Positions 1-7,819 of a stretch of 64,000 bases of DNA are shown in pieces. Both the position numbers and the translations under genes were made by a program. Below the pieces are notes generated by a model. That model saw only the letters and a list, made by a program, of their open reading frames with translations. It had not been told where the DNA came from and searched no databases. Positions within the stretch are counted from its first letter, which is position 1. Each line of letters starts with the position of its first letter. The stretch lies in the IMG/VR virus record IMGVR_UViG_3300021399_003927, positions 65,492-129,491 of that record. One strand, given 5' to 3'. This stretch comes from a virus. Taxonomy: Duplodnaviria > Caudoviricetes.

Positions 1-185
1 AAGTGTCCACCATTGCGCCTAGATGTAATTACTCACACCCTCAGTAGCTGTTAATTCAGTTAACGTTAGCCCACGCTTGTACCCCTACGCCTCTATCGTA
101 AGTTTATTGATTAAGGAATTGGAAACGCTAAAGTCACACTATGAAACTCTCTACCTACTCATCGTAGCATTATCCAAAACCTTAG

Positions 186-259
186 TGGAGCCAGTGGGAG
201 TCGAACCCACGACCCCTTGCTTGCAAAGCAAGTGCTCTAGCCAACTGAGCTATGACCCC
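186..259 (-). tRNA. tRNA-Ala(TGC)
   Basis: Cloverleaf GGGGTCA/TGGCTCC, G3-U70, anticodon loop TTTGCAA, T-loop TTCGACT. Confidence 0.95.
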
Positions 260-501
260 AAAACTTGTGGATTTGAAACAAACTCTCCAACTATTTTAGG
301 CTACCCTTCCGTATAATGTCCATTCGTCTGTTATAATAGATTGATGAACGAACTCAAGTAGTCAAGGAATCGTTATCTTTGAGAAGAACGGCATAAGAGT
401 CATCACTTTCTTTCCGAAGTCCGAAAGATATATTCTCTAATGAGAGCAGACCACAAAAACTACTCTGTTCCTTTAAAAACCTAGAATTAGTTAATATCTT
501 G

Positions 502-542
502 TCACCCATTATGGAGTCGAACCATAAAATACCACTTGGGCA
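502..542 (-). ncRNA. tRNA minihelix-like remnant (acceptor + T arm only)
   Basis: TGCCCAA-GTGGTATTT-TATGG TTCGACT CCATA-ATGGGTG-A; no D stem or anticodon arm. Confidence 0.45.
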
Positions 543-551
543 TTGGAGAAT

Positions 552-878
552 TTAAAGTATCTCCACAACTTTACCATAGATTTGATTTCTACCTACCCAT
601 CCATTCATATGACCATGATTGTTACCAATTAGGTACTCACTATCATTCTTAATGGCATGGATTAGATGCAAATAATGATGACCTCTAACCTTACATAATA
701 CAATGTCCTTTTTGTTAAGTTTAGTGTCATCTTTCACAGGTTCGCATATAACTGCTTGCCTTGATTTCAAAATAGGTGTCATAGAATTACCAATTCCAGT
801 CACCTTACATGTTTCACCTGCTCTCAGATGGTTGCATGTCTCTTGGTTTTCAAAACCACTATAAGTAAAATCTCTCAT
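552..878 (-). CDS. Peptidase S24/S26-like small protein
   Basis: GNSMTP serine motif, DIV, HLIH and GNN motifs typical of the S24/S26 fold. Confidence 0.65.
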   Translation of the reverse strand: MRDFTYSGFENQETCNHLRAGETCKVTGIGNSMTPILKSRQAVICEPVKDDTKLNKKDIVLCKVRGHHYLHLIHAIKNDSEYLIGNNHGHMNGWVGRNQIYGKVVEIL

Positions 879-897
879 AATAAAAAAAGTTTACTTG

Positions 898-1021
898 CAG
901 GGACTGATGGACTCGAACCACCATTGTTCATTAACAGTTAAAGGCGTAATCTGTTCCGCAGTCGAGACTACGTTAATTCCTTAAGACGTAACAAACCACT
1001 TTACCATTAAGCTAAATCCCT
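898..1021 (-). ncRNA. tRNA-like RNA (Asn-like) with about 50-nt insertion in the anticodon arm
   Basis: Acceptor AGGGATT/AGTCCCT+G, normal D and T arms, extended stem GTTTGTTA/TAATGAAC, CTGTTAA just before the 3' strand. Confidence 0.7.
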
Positions 1022-1035
1022 ATATAAATATACAA

Positions 1036-1820
1036 AAGACTGAGAATGTTGTCTTATTGTTGATGCCATCACACAACGGTTGGACGTTGCTCTTCACACG
1101 CTGCCTTACAGCAGACGTAGACACCATGCACGATGATTTTGCGAAAACCACCCAAAAAACTTACTAGTTTAAACCTCTCGGTGCAGCATCATAGCTTTCA
1201 GTTCTTCGCCAAGCTCTTGCGGATTCATAGGATGCCTCCTATTAACTCAGACGAGTACTTTTACACGCTCATTGAATTCCTTGCGAGTCCTCAATGTCTT
1301 CATATTGCAGAAGAATAAGTGCATTTTAGCTGCCTAGTGTCGCACACTTTTGCTACTCTAAAAACTGTTTGAACCTTATTTCAAATTTTTTAAATTCCGC
1401 TGACCTTGGAAGACGAGGTGCGACCCATCGCATTCGTACCTTTTGAGTACGACCCACGAAATCGCCTTCCTACAAAGACTCACCACAAGTCCAATTGTTG
1501 TTATCTGCTATCAGCCTTACGGTTCTCACGCCTTTCAGCGCAAGACTAGCGAATAACTAAACCCAACACGCCAACTGGTGATTATTGCATCGAGTTCAGC
1601 ACAGTAATCTATTGTGTCACCACTCATCCAAAGACTCCTCACCCTTGGAAGCCTACACCTATGGTGTTACCCACGATGTAGACAGTACCATGCTCTTTTC
1701 AGTGAAATGCCTCAGTCACCCAAGACATCTGCAACGCTACTTGGTCAATTTCACGCCACATTTATCCTATTACTAGATTATCCTTAATGGCTACGAAAGC
1801 TAGCAAAACCCCTTGCGAGA
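1036..1820 (-). ncRNA. GOLLD-like large structured RNA (~780 nt)
   Basis: GC-elevated, no credible ORF, many hairpins with GNRA loops (GCAA, GAAA, GTAA), GTACTCAAAAGGTAC hairpin, ends ...ATTCTCAGTC-TTTT, lies inside a phage tRNA array; boundaries approximate. Confidence 0.55.
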
Positions 1821-1825
1821 TTCGT

Positions 1826-1935
1826 TGGTAAGAAGAGATTTGCACTCTTGAAGCCTCCGAAGAGGCACATCAAGCACGAACTTGATGCCCATTTGTCTAC
1901 ATCAGTCTCTCGACTGTTCTCCTCTGGTACTTACC
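1826..1935 (-). ncRNA. tRNA-scaffolded RNA with bipartite guide loop, copy 1
   Basis: Acceptor GGTAAG/CTTACC, T arm AAGAG-TGCAAAT-CTCTT, V arm GCCTC-TTCG-GAGGC; D arm replaced by CCA[GAGGAGAA]CAGTC-GAGA-GACTG[ATGTAGACAAA]TGG. Confidence 0.8.
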
Positions 1936-1972
1936 AAAAGGTGGTTTTTCAATTTGTCCACCACAAAATAGT

Positions 1973-2079
1973 TGGTAGAGCTAGATTTGCACTAGCGAAG
2001 CTACCTAAGTAGCACAATACTTACCGTATTGCCGATTTGTCTACATCAGCCTTGCGACTGTTCTCCTCTCGTATCTACC
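1973..2079 (-). ncRNA. tRNA-scaffolded RNA with bipartite guide loop, copy 2
   Basis: Same fold as copy 1 with compensatory stem changes; identical GAGGAGAA / ATGTAGACAAA loop strands. Confidence 0.8.
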
Positions 2080-2086
2080 AAATGAG

Positions 2087-2159
2087 TAGCGGCAGAAGGA
2101 TTTGCACCTTCGAGACTCTAGGTTATGAGCCTAGCATGATACTACTTCACCATGCCGCA
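2087..2159 (-). tRNA. tRNA-Met(CAT), initiator-like
   Basis: CTAGG-CTCATAA-CCTAG; 1-72 mismatch (T:T); A73. Confidence 0.85.
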
Positions 2160-2173
2160 ATGTTAAAAAATAA

Positions 2174-2249
2174 GGAAACGTGCTCAGAATGCGACTTTTT
2201 GTTTTTTCAAGAAACATTTACATACTTAAGTTAGTTGCTGTACGTTTCC
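2174..2249 (-). ncRNA. ACAGCAA-stem RNA 1 (short, no tRNA cargo)
   Basis: GGAAACGT-ACAGCAA ... ACGTTTCC. Confidence 0.75.
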
Positions 2250-2287
2250 ACTATTCTATGGATTTTATTATCTTTTTTCCAACTGTG

Positions 2288-2319
2288 CAAAGATATATAT
2301 TTTTTTTCTAACTTCCAAA
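2288..2319 (-). promoter_or_regulatory. Bacteroidetes sigma-A-type promoter (one of about 20 in the window)
   Basis: TTTGG(-33) ... TATCTTTG(-7). Similar sites near 2612, 4230, 6279, 12854, 13681, 14938, 20109, 24631, 26227, 29777, 30600, 34117, 35227, 39297, 41704, 43285, 45109, 50672, 53120, 57362. Confidence 0.85.
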
Positions 2320-2323
2320 TTTT

Positions 2324-2590
2324 TTATGAACTTTTTTCAGCTTTTTTGAAAAATTCTTTCAACTTGGTCAATTCTGCAAGTTGGAAGGTGTATTCATCAG
2401 CACTGATTATCAATTCATCTTTATCTTCTTCAATGCTAACAATCTGTGCCTTTAGCTTTTCAATAAGGCTTGCTTTTAATGCCTCACGATACTTGACGCT
2501 AACTATATTAGTAGCTTCACCTTTACTGTATCCAGCATCACATAAGTTTTTATACAACTCGTTTCTAAACTCTTTGTCTAATATTTTCAT
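2324..2590 (-). CDS. Hypothetical protein
   Basis: 88-aa ORF downstream of a promoter motif, phage-like composition. Confidence 0.7.
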   Translation of the reverse strand: MKILDKEFRNELYKNLCDAGYSKGEATNIVSVKYREALKASLIEKLKAQIVSIEEDKDELIISADEYTFQLAELTKLKEFFKKAEKSS

Positions 2591-2644
2591 AACCGTTTTG
2601 TTTTTAACAGTGCAAAGATATATAAAATATTTGAAACTTCCAAA

Positions 2645-2896
2645 TTATTTATGAACTTTTTTCTTAAAAATCACAATTTCTTTTGATTTTTCCCATATAG
2701 CCCATCCCATCATCACAAAAAAGGCAAATATCATAAATATTAGCACAAGCCAAGATAATGTACAACATATCAAAGCAGCAATGATGTCAGATAGCCTAAT
2801 TTCATCAATTCGGAGTTTTTCACTTCTATCACATCGTACTAGTAGAACTAATAGAAATGCAACAAAGCACCCAATAAGATAAATTGTCATAACCAT
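2645..2896 (-). CDS. Hypothetical membrane protein
   Basis: Two hydrophobic segments. Confidence 0.65.
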   Translation of the reverse strand: MVMTIYLIGCFVAFLLVLLVRCDRSEKLRIDEIRLSDIIAALICCTLSWLVLIFMIFAFFVMMGWAIWEKSKEIVIFKKKVHK

Positions 2897-2916
2897 TTGT
2901 CCATCAATTTGTTAAG

Positions 2917-3274
2917 TGGAGCTAGAGTGAATCGAACACTCGTCCATACTACCATCCCATAAGAGATTACACAAGCTTTAAAATTGGAAAGTTGACATTG
3001 CTGTCCTCACCGCCACCTCATTTTGCGAAAACGAGGAAAACTAGGGGGATGACTAGAGTCATCAGTCCACCATTCGGTTTCAAAAAACCGACAAAAAGTT
3101 GCATGGATGTTCTGTTCCTAAGAGCCATGCCTCTCGGCTCACATTACGCTGCTACAGCGTACTCGTAAGCAGGAGAATCAACATTCTCGCCGTTTATATT
3201 TTTTTGCTATTTCTAGTGTATGCCCACTGCTTGTCTCTTACCAAATGTATAGCTGTCTATACCATTGTAGCCCC
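2917..3274 (-). ncRNA. ssrA: tmRNA, tag peptide GENVDSPAYEYAVAA (3144-3191)
   Basis: 5' GGGGCTA...GAC, 3' T arm + TAGCTCCA with G3-U70; resume codon after ATAAAC; tag ends AVAA*. Confidence 0.93.
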
Positions 3275-3301
3275 ATTATGTCAAAGAACTCTTTCTTATT
3301 G

Positions 3302-3378
3302 TCGAGACGGCAGGAGTTGAACCTGCGTGTGACCTACTACACTTTCTACTCCTTATCAGGGAGAGGTGATACGTCTCG
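3302..3378 (-). tRNA. D-armless tRNA-Ile(GAT)-like RNA with long variable hairpin
   Basis: CGAGACG/CGTCTCG+A; 8-nt linker in place of D arm; CTCC-CTGATAA-GGAG; GTG-TAGTAGGT-CAC in variable region; normal T arm. Confidence 0.7.
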
Positions 3379-3381
3379 CTG

Positions 3382-3591
3382 TTATAAAAATACTGTTTTA
3401 GCCTTGCTTAAAAATTCATCCACATTACCATTAAAAGTGAAACTATTACCTCCTACTCTAATATAGGTTTTTTCTTCACCATCACGGTTTTTATAGTCAT
3501 AAATATAATTTATATCAGCTTTTCTAAACAAATTTTTATGACCATCTGGATTAGTTATTTCCAAAAACGAATTTGTATAATCGTAATTCAT
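3382..3591 (-). CDS. Hypothetical protein
   Basis: 69-aa ORF. Confidence 0.6.
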   Translation of the reverse strand: MNYDYTNSFLEITNPDGHKNLFRKADINYIYDYKNRDGEEKTYIRVGGNSFTFNGNVDEFLSKAKTVFL

Positions 3592-3610
3592 ATTTCTATC
3601 TTAAAAAAAC

Positions 3611-3674
3611 GGAAGCGATTTTCTAGAATTATCAATTAAAAGTTGAGTCCTATTAGAAATTGCTGTAAGCTTCC
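3611..3674 (-). ncRNA. ACAGCAA-stem RNA 2 (short)
   Basis: GGAAGCTT-ACAGCAA ... GCTTCC; starts 2 nt after the upstream tRNA CCA. Confidence 0.75.
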
Positions 3675-3675
3675 T

Positions 3676-3754
3676 TGGTGCTTGCGATAGGATTTGAACC
3701 TACTGTACCCCACTATAAGATGGCGTGTGTCTGCCAATATATCACCCCTCAAGC
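3676..3754 (-). tRNA. Degenerate tRNA (Leu-type D arm, 6-nt loop CTTATA, encoded CCA)
   Basis: GCTTGAG/CGCAAGC-ACCA, T arm GTAGG-TTCAAAT-CCTAT; anticodon ambiguous. Confidence 0.5.
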
Positions 3755-3943
3755 ATGTTCGCACTCTGTACTCTTTCAAGCCATCGAGCACTTGTCTTGC
3801 ATTATCGTAGTTAAGACCAATATACGGCATTCTTGACCTAAAGTATGCTTACGGTGGAGTTAAATGTGTGTCCTCTGTTTTAAGTCCGCGCAATTTCCCC
3901 ATAACTCCCAAGAGACTTATGCGCTTGACTGATACTCAAGTAG

Positions 3944-4019
3944 TTGGAGGTAACGGATTCGAACCGATGACCTTCTGCTTGTAAGGCAGACGCTGCTGAA
4001 CCAACTGAGCTAACCTCCA
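3944..4019 (-). tRNA. tRNA-Val(TAC)
   Basis: TCTGC-CTTACAA-GCAGA, full cloverleaf. Confidence 0.93.
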
Positions 4020-4023
4020 ATTT

Positions 4024-4173
4024 GGGAGCGTTTGTTTTATGTGTGACTCGCCCTTTCAACAAGACCTGAGGTTTCCGAAGATTCCACTATTACAGTTCTC
4101 TTGTTCCACAATCCCTATCGTCTGTTTACTTGTCCATCAGAAACTTATATCCGAAAACTCCACAAACAGCACC
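4024..4173 (-). ncRNA. Candidate structured RNA
   Basis: Terminal pairing GCTGTTTGT/ACAAACGC and internal TTTTCGGA/TTCGGAAA; lies between a promoter and tRNA-Val. Confidence 0.4.
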
Positions 4174-4280
4174 AACAATAAATGTAAGCATAATAATTTT
4201 TTATTAGTTAGACATTTGAATTAACAATGCAAAGATATATAAAATATTTGAAACTTCCAAATTTTATTCCTTAAAAAATG

Positions 4281-4952
4281 TTACCATTTGTCTATATTGT
4301 CAGCTACCCATTGTTTTACTTCTTTCTTTTCGTATTCCTCTTGGATTGCGTCAGCGTCAGCAGCATCAAACTCATCTTCCAATTCACTTTCATCAAACTG
4401 AACATGCAATCCATATTTTTTCTTATGAGGCTTTTTGCAAGTTTCTTGTTTGCATATTACTGCATTCTTGCCGTCACCCCAACGGTATTGTAGCCACCCT
4501 TCGTATTCTCCAGTGTCAAATAAATATCCTTTTGGAATTTCATCATCACCTCTGAAAAAATCATCAAGCATTTCTAGCCCAATGCGTACAGTTCCGCGCC
4601 ATGTTTTCATAACATTGCGATGATATTGGTAAATACCATCACCGCCTATTTTTAATATCTTGCTTTTTTCAAAATCAAGAACCAAATATCCCCAAAAACG
4701 GCTTTCAATTTTAAACTCCCAAATTTCTTCATGCCATTTGGAGCGCAAATTAGGAACTTTATATGGCCTTGGCGTGTCCGCATAGACCTCTTCTATGAGG
4801 TTAACCTCTTCCTTCCATTCAGCTTCGGTATCAAATTCTGTCTCAGAATGAGAATATTCCTTCAAATTATACAAATCTTGCATATCCCTAGCTGTAGGGG
4901 ATTTGCCCCACATGGAAAAAATTACCATATATCTTTTTGTATGCTTTTTCAT
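4281..4952 (-). CDS. Hypothetical protein
   Basis: 223-aa ORF, start overlaps the upstream stop. Confidence 0.8.
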   Translation of the reverse strand: MKKHTKRYMVIFSMWGKSPTARDMQDLYNLKEYSHSETEFDTEAEWKEEVNLIEEVYADTPRPYKVPNLRSKWHEEIWEFKIESRFWGYLVLDFEKSKILKIGGDGIYQYHRNVMKTWRGTVRIGLEMLDDFFRGDDEIPKGYLFDTGEYEGWLQYRWGDGKNAVICKQETCKKPHKKKYGLHVQFDESELEDEFDAADADAIQEEYEKKEVKQWVADNIDKW

Positions 4953-5566
4953 GATTCTTTTCTTTTTCTAAAAGATGTCTTCAAATCAAAACCGTGAGCT
5001 AATATTTTACCTTCGTTGGTTTGTGTTTTCACACCCTCTGGAGAACCAAATAAATCACAGAAACAGTCATGTTTAAACACATTTATTTCTTTCTCATCAT
5101 ATTTATTTTCATGTAAAAAAGCAACGATGTTATTCATCACCTTTTCCAAATCACTAATGAGGTGGTCTTCAATTCCGTTTCCAATCAAATCCCAAGGTCT
5201 AATTTCATGACCTATTGAAGTGTTATTCCTATTTGTTAAATAACTTATTTCATAGTAGCCACCTTGAAAGTTTATCCTATACACCTTTCTAATGCCTTCC
5301 TCTTGGTATTTTTTCTTATTGTTTAAAGAACTTTCGCTTTTGTAGTAGTAAAAGCCCAAAGGAGAGAGACATTTCAAATTCCTTCCACCTTTACCTACAC
5401 GGCTAATAACTCTTTCATCACGGACAATTTCTTCTCCCTTTTGAAAGGTAATGGCATTGCTATATATAAATTGAGCATTAATTGTGGGGTTTTCTACTTT
5501 CTGTACAATAACCTCACATTTACTGAACAATGTTTTCCTTTTTTCTCTTACCTTATTGTCTTTCAT
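4949..5566 (-). CDS. Hypothetical protein
   Basis: 205-aa ORF, translationally coupled. Confidence 0.8.
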   Translation of the reverse strand: MKDNKVREKRKTLFSKCEVIVQKVENPTINAQFIYSNAITFQKGEEIVRDERVISRVGKGGRNLKCLSPLGFYYYKSESSLNNKKKYQEEGIRKVYRINFQGGYYEISYLTNRNNTSIGHEIRPWDLIGNGIEDHLISDLEKVMNNIVAFLHENKYDEKEINVFKHDCFCDLFGSPEGVKTQTNEGKILAHGFDLKTSFRKRKES

Positions 5567-5775
5567 GACACGAAACTTTCAAACCAATTTTTAATAAGTT
5601 TTACAGGCCAAAAGAACATAAGGAAAACTATAAGCAGAATAGCCATAGGCTCTTCAACCTCGTCAATGTCTTTCTCATATTCGTATTCTGGTTTATATTC
5701 ATCATTCCACCACACTAGTGCTAGAACCAAACCTATTATAAAATAAGCTATTAATATAACTTGACCTACACTCAT
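5563..5775 (-). CDS. Hypothetical membrane protein (start at MSVGQ)
   Basis: Two TM segments; the longer ORF call overlaps a tRNA. Confidence 0.65.
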   Translation of the reverse strand: MSVGQVILIAYFIIGLVLALVWWNDEYKPEYEYEKDIDEVEEPMAILLIVFLMFFWPVKLIKNWFESFVS

Positions 5776-5798
5776 AACAATAAAAACTAAATTAACAG

Positions 5799-5883
5799 CT
5801 CGCAGGGTGCGATTCGAACACACGGTAGCGTAAGCTACGACAGTTTTGGAGACTGCTGGGTTAAACCACTCCCCCACCTGCGA
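5799..5883 (-). tRNA. tRNA with CCA (Trp) anticodon and long variable arm
   Basis: GCAGT-CTCCAAA-ACTGT; V arm GTAGC-TTAC-GCTAC; G73. Confidence 0.85.
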
Positions 5884-5889
5884 ATGTTG

Positions 5890-5963
5890 TGGACCGTAAG
5901 GGATTCGAACCCTTCCTATAGGCTTGCAAAGCCCACGTGCTAGCCAACTATCACTAACAGCCC
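5890..5963 (-). tRNA. tRNA-Ala(TGC)
   Basis: G3-U70, loop TTTGCAA. Confidence 0.92.
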
Positions 5964-5980
5964 AAATTGCAGTCTATGAT

Positions 5981-6262
5981 TTAGTTCAAATACCCATGTT
6001 CAATAAGGTATTTTTCACCTTTCTTTGTAGCATGGTACTTTGTTCTTATTATCTCTCCATACCTCTGTCTGTATTCCTTTGTACGATACTTATGCCTATC
6101 GGCAACCTTTTCAATGATAAAGTTTTTCCTAATCAGCATTTCGATTGAAAAACTAATACCATAATCGGAAATCGTCTTCAAATATGGGAGTTGTTCTACC
6201 TCACCATAAGACATCGGCATTGCATGTATGCTAGCTAATATTTTTTCAGTCACTTCTAACAT
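5981..6262 (-). CDS. Hypothetical protein, possible winged helix (start MLEVT)
   Basis: Follows promoter at ~6279; YHATKKG wing-like motif. Confidence 0.6.
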   Translation of the reverse strand: MLEVTEKILASIHAMPMSYGEVEQLPYLKTISDYGISFSIEMLIRKNFIIEKVADRHKYRTKEYRQRYGEIIRTKYHATKKGEKYLIEHGYLN

Positions 6263-6314
6263 ATTCTGTAGTTTTTTGCAAATATACGAAAAAAAATTCA
6301 TATAACAAAATCCT

Positions 6315-6890
6315 TTAACGTATATTAACAAAATCTATTGCCAATATGTCTTTATCCGTTCCTTTTTTAAGTGTCTTTTTGTTATTCAATTTGGCAAACA
6401 ACCAAGGAAACCAATCATCAATTATCTTAGGGTCTTGAACTGACGAATATACAGCCTCCTCAGTTGGCTCATACTCATACTTATAGTCAAATTCCCAATT
6501 GTAAAGATTCCTACCACAATAGAATTTTATATTAGGAAACCTAACTTCCATAGCTTGACAGAAATCCTTGAATCTTTCAACGCTTTCTTTAGTATATTGT
6601 TTTTTGTTCCTTGCCTCATGCAACACCCTAACAATACACCCATTATCATTCATGAACTCCAAATGCTTCATTAAAGTCATGTAGTTAATGTCAAATTGAA
6701 AGAATCCATGAGCAATTACAATTCTGCCCTTTTTGTCGAATCTTATCCTCAAATCAAAACTTCTAACACCATAATCATAATATTGGTGATATATTGAAGC
6801 TTTTTGGCATCTAGCCATAAATCTAAATGGTCTTAACCACCATTTCTCTGGTCTTAAATATGACCACGAATTGTGAGATTGTAATATCAT
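6315..6890 (-). CDS. PI-PLC-like phosphodiesterase
   Basis: SHNS, GVRSFDLR and AHG motifs of the PI-PLC X domain. Confidence 0.75.
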   Translation of the reverse strand: MILQSHNSWSYLRPEKWWLRPFRFMARCQKASIYHQYYDYGVRSFDLRIRFDKKGRIVIAHGFFQFDINYMTLMKHLEFMNDNGCIVRVLHEARNKKQYTKESVERFKDFCQAMEVRFPNIKFYCGRNLYNWEFDYKYEYEPTEEAVYSSVQDPKIIDDWFPWLFAKLNNKKTLKKGTDKDILAIDFVNIR

Positions 6891-6910
6891 TTGCTTTCCA
6901 TTTATATTAG

Positions 6911-6982
6911 AGGCTTCACCCAGAATTGAACTGAGAACTAATCCATACCACAGACTTGTTTTACCATTGCTACTATGAAGCC
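6911..6982 (-). tRNA. tRNA-Thr(GGT), somewhat degenerate
   Basis: AGTCT-GTGGTAT-GGATT; GGCTTCA/TGAAGCC. Confidence 0.7.
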
Positions 6983-6987
6983 ATTTG

Positions 6988-7059
6988 AGCTGGTGATGGG
7001 GGTCGAACCCACAGCCTGATGATTACAAATCACCTGCACAACCATCGTGCTCCACCAGC
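6988..7059 (-). tRNA. tRNA-Thr(TGT)
   Basis: GGTGA-TTTGTAA-TCATC. Confidence 0.92.
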
Positions 7060-7065
7060 ATGTAA

Positions 7066-7196
7066 GGGTACATAAAACCAACATTTCAACCCCTCCAAGT
7101 TTAAATAAATATTTGCGGAGGGGGTAGGAATCGAACCTACGTTACACAAATTGACAGTCTGCTTGAAGTGTAAATTTAAACTTGCTGTGTGTACCC
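7066..7196 (-). ncRNA. ACAGCAA-stem RNA 3 with permuted tRNA-Asp(GTC) opened in the D loop
   Basis: GGGTACAC-ACAGCAA ... TTCAA, GCAGA-CTGTCAA-TTTGT, T arm, CCCCTCC-G, linker, GGAGGGG, TTGAA ... TGTACCC. Confidence 0.8.
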
Positions 7197-7203
7197 ACTT
7201 TTG

Positions 7204-7276
7204 AGCCTTGTGTCGGAATCGAACCAACGACATTCACGTTACGAAGGTGACGCTCTACCGACTGAGCTAACAAGGC
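7204..7276 (-). tRNA. tRNA-Thr(CGT)
   Basis: Loop TTCGTAA, full cloverleaf. Confidence 0.9.
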
Positions 7277-7580
7277 ATTAACTTTAATGCGTCACATAAA
7301 ATAAGACCCATATTAATTGTATAAACAACCCTATCAACGCTAATGTCTTCTAAATACCCAAATATATTACCATTCAAATAATATTTTATATCACGTTCTA
7401 AATTTGTTGCTTCTGATTTATGCATTTTACCAACAACACCAAATTCTACTGTAAACGAATCATGCCCACCTTTCGTATTTTCAAGATATACGTGGTCTAA
7501 ACACTTGAATTTAACCACAACACTATCAGTAGTATTAATGTGTCTGTTTTCTGTTTGTACTATTTCATCAAAACTAACTT
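7267..7580 (-). CDS. Hypothetical protein (start uncertain; both ends abut or overlap tRNAs)
   Basis: Open frame with protein-like composition between two tRNAs. Confidence 0.45.
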
Positions 7581-7584
7581 TTTG

Positions 7585-7656
7585 TTCTCCCAGAGGATTC
7601 TGCCACCTCGACCCCATGTTTAAGAGACACGTGCTCTACTTCTGAGCTATGGGAGA
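7585..7656 (-). tRNA. tRNA-Lys(CTT), atypical T loop
   Basis: CGTGT-CTCTTAA-ACATG; T loop TGGCAGAAT. Confidence 0.8.
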
Positions 7657-7663
7657 AAATTAG

Positions 7664-7738
7664 TGCGCCTAGTGGGAGTCGAACCCACGTAGTCACAGAT
7701 TAAAAGTCTGGTGCATAAAGCCACTCTGCCATAAGCGC
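7664..7738 (-). tRNA. tRNA-Lys(TTT)
   Basis: Loop CTTTTAA. Confidence 0.9.
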
Positions 7739-7746
7739 AAATATTG

Positions 7747-7819
7747 TGCGCTCAGAGGGATTCGAACCCTCGCCCCACAGGTTAAAAGCCTGTTGCTCTA
7801 CCAACTGAGCTATGAGCGC
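7747..7819 (-). tRNA. tRNA-Lys(TTT)
   Basis: ACAGG-CTTTTAA-CCTGT. Confidence 0.95.

Noticed and set aside
1-26. Partial tRNA 5' end at the window edge
   Set aside because: Too short to build an acceptor and D arm convincingly.
1915-2075. Sarcin-ricin-loop-like sequence (AGTACCAGAGGA / ATACGAGAGGA) in the guide RNAs
   Set aside because: The varying base covaries with a distal partner (CCA/TGG versus CGA/TCG), copy 1 lacks the GAGA tetraloop, and no SRL closing helix exists.
1826-2079. Hammerhead or hairpin ribozyme (CTGATG motif)
   Set aside because: CTGATGT rather than CTGATGA, no correctly placed GAAA, and CTG is paired in a hairpin.
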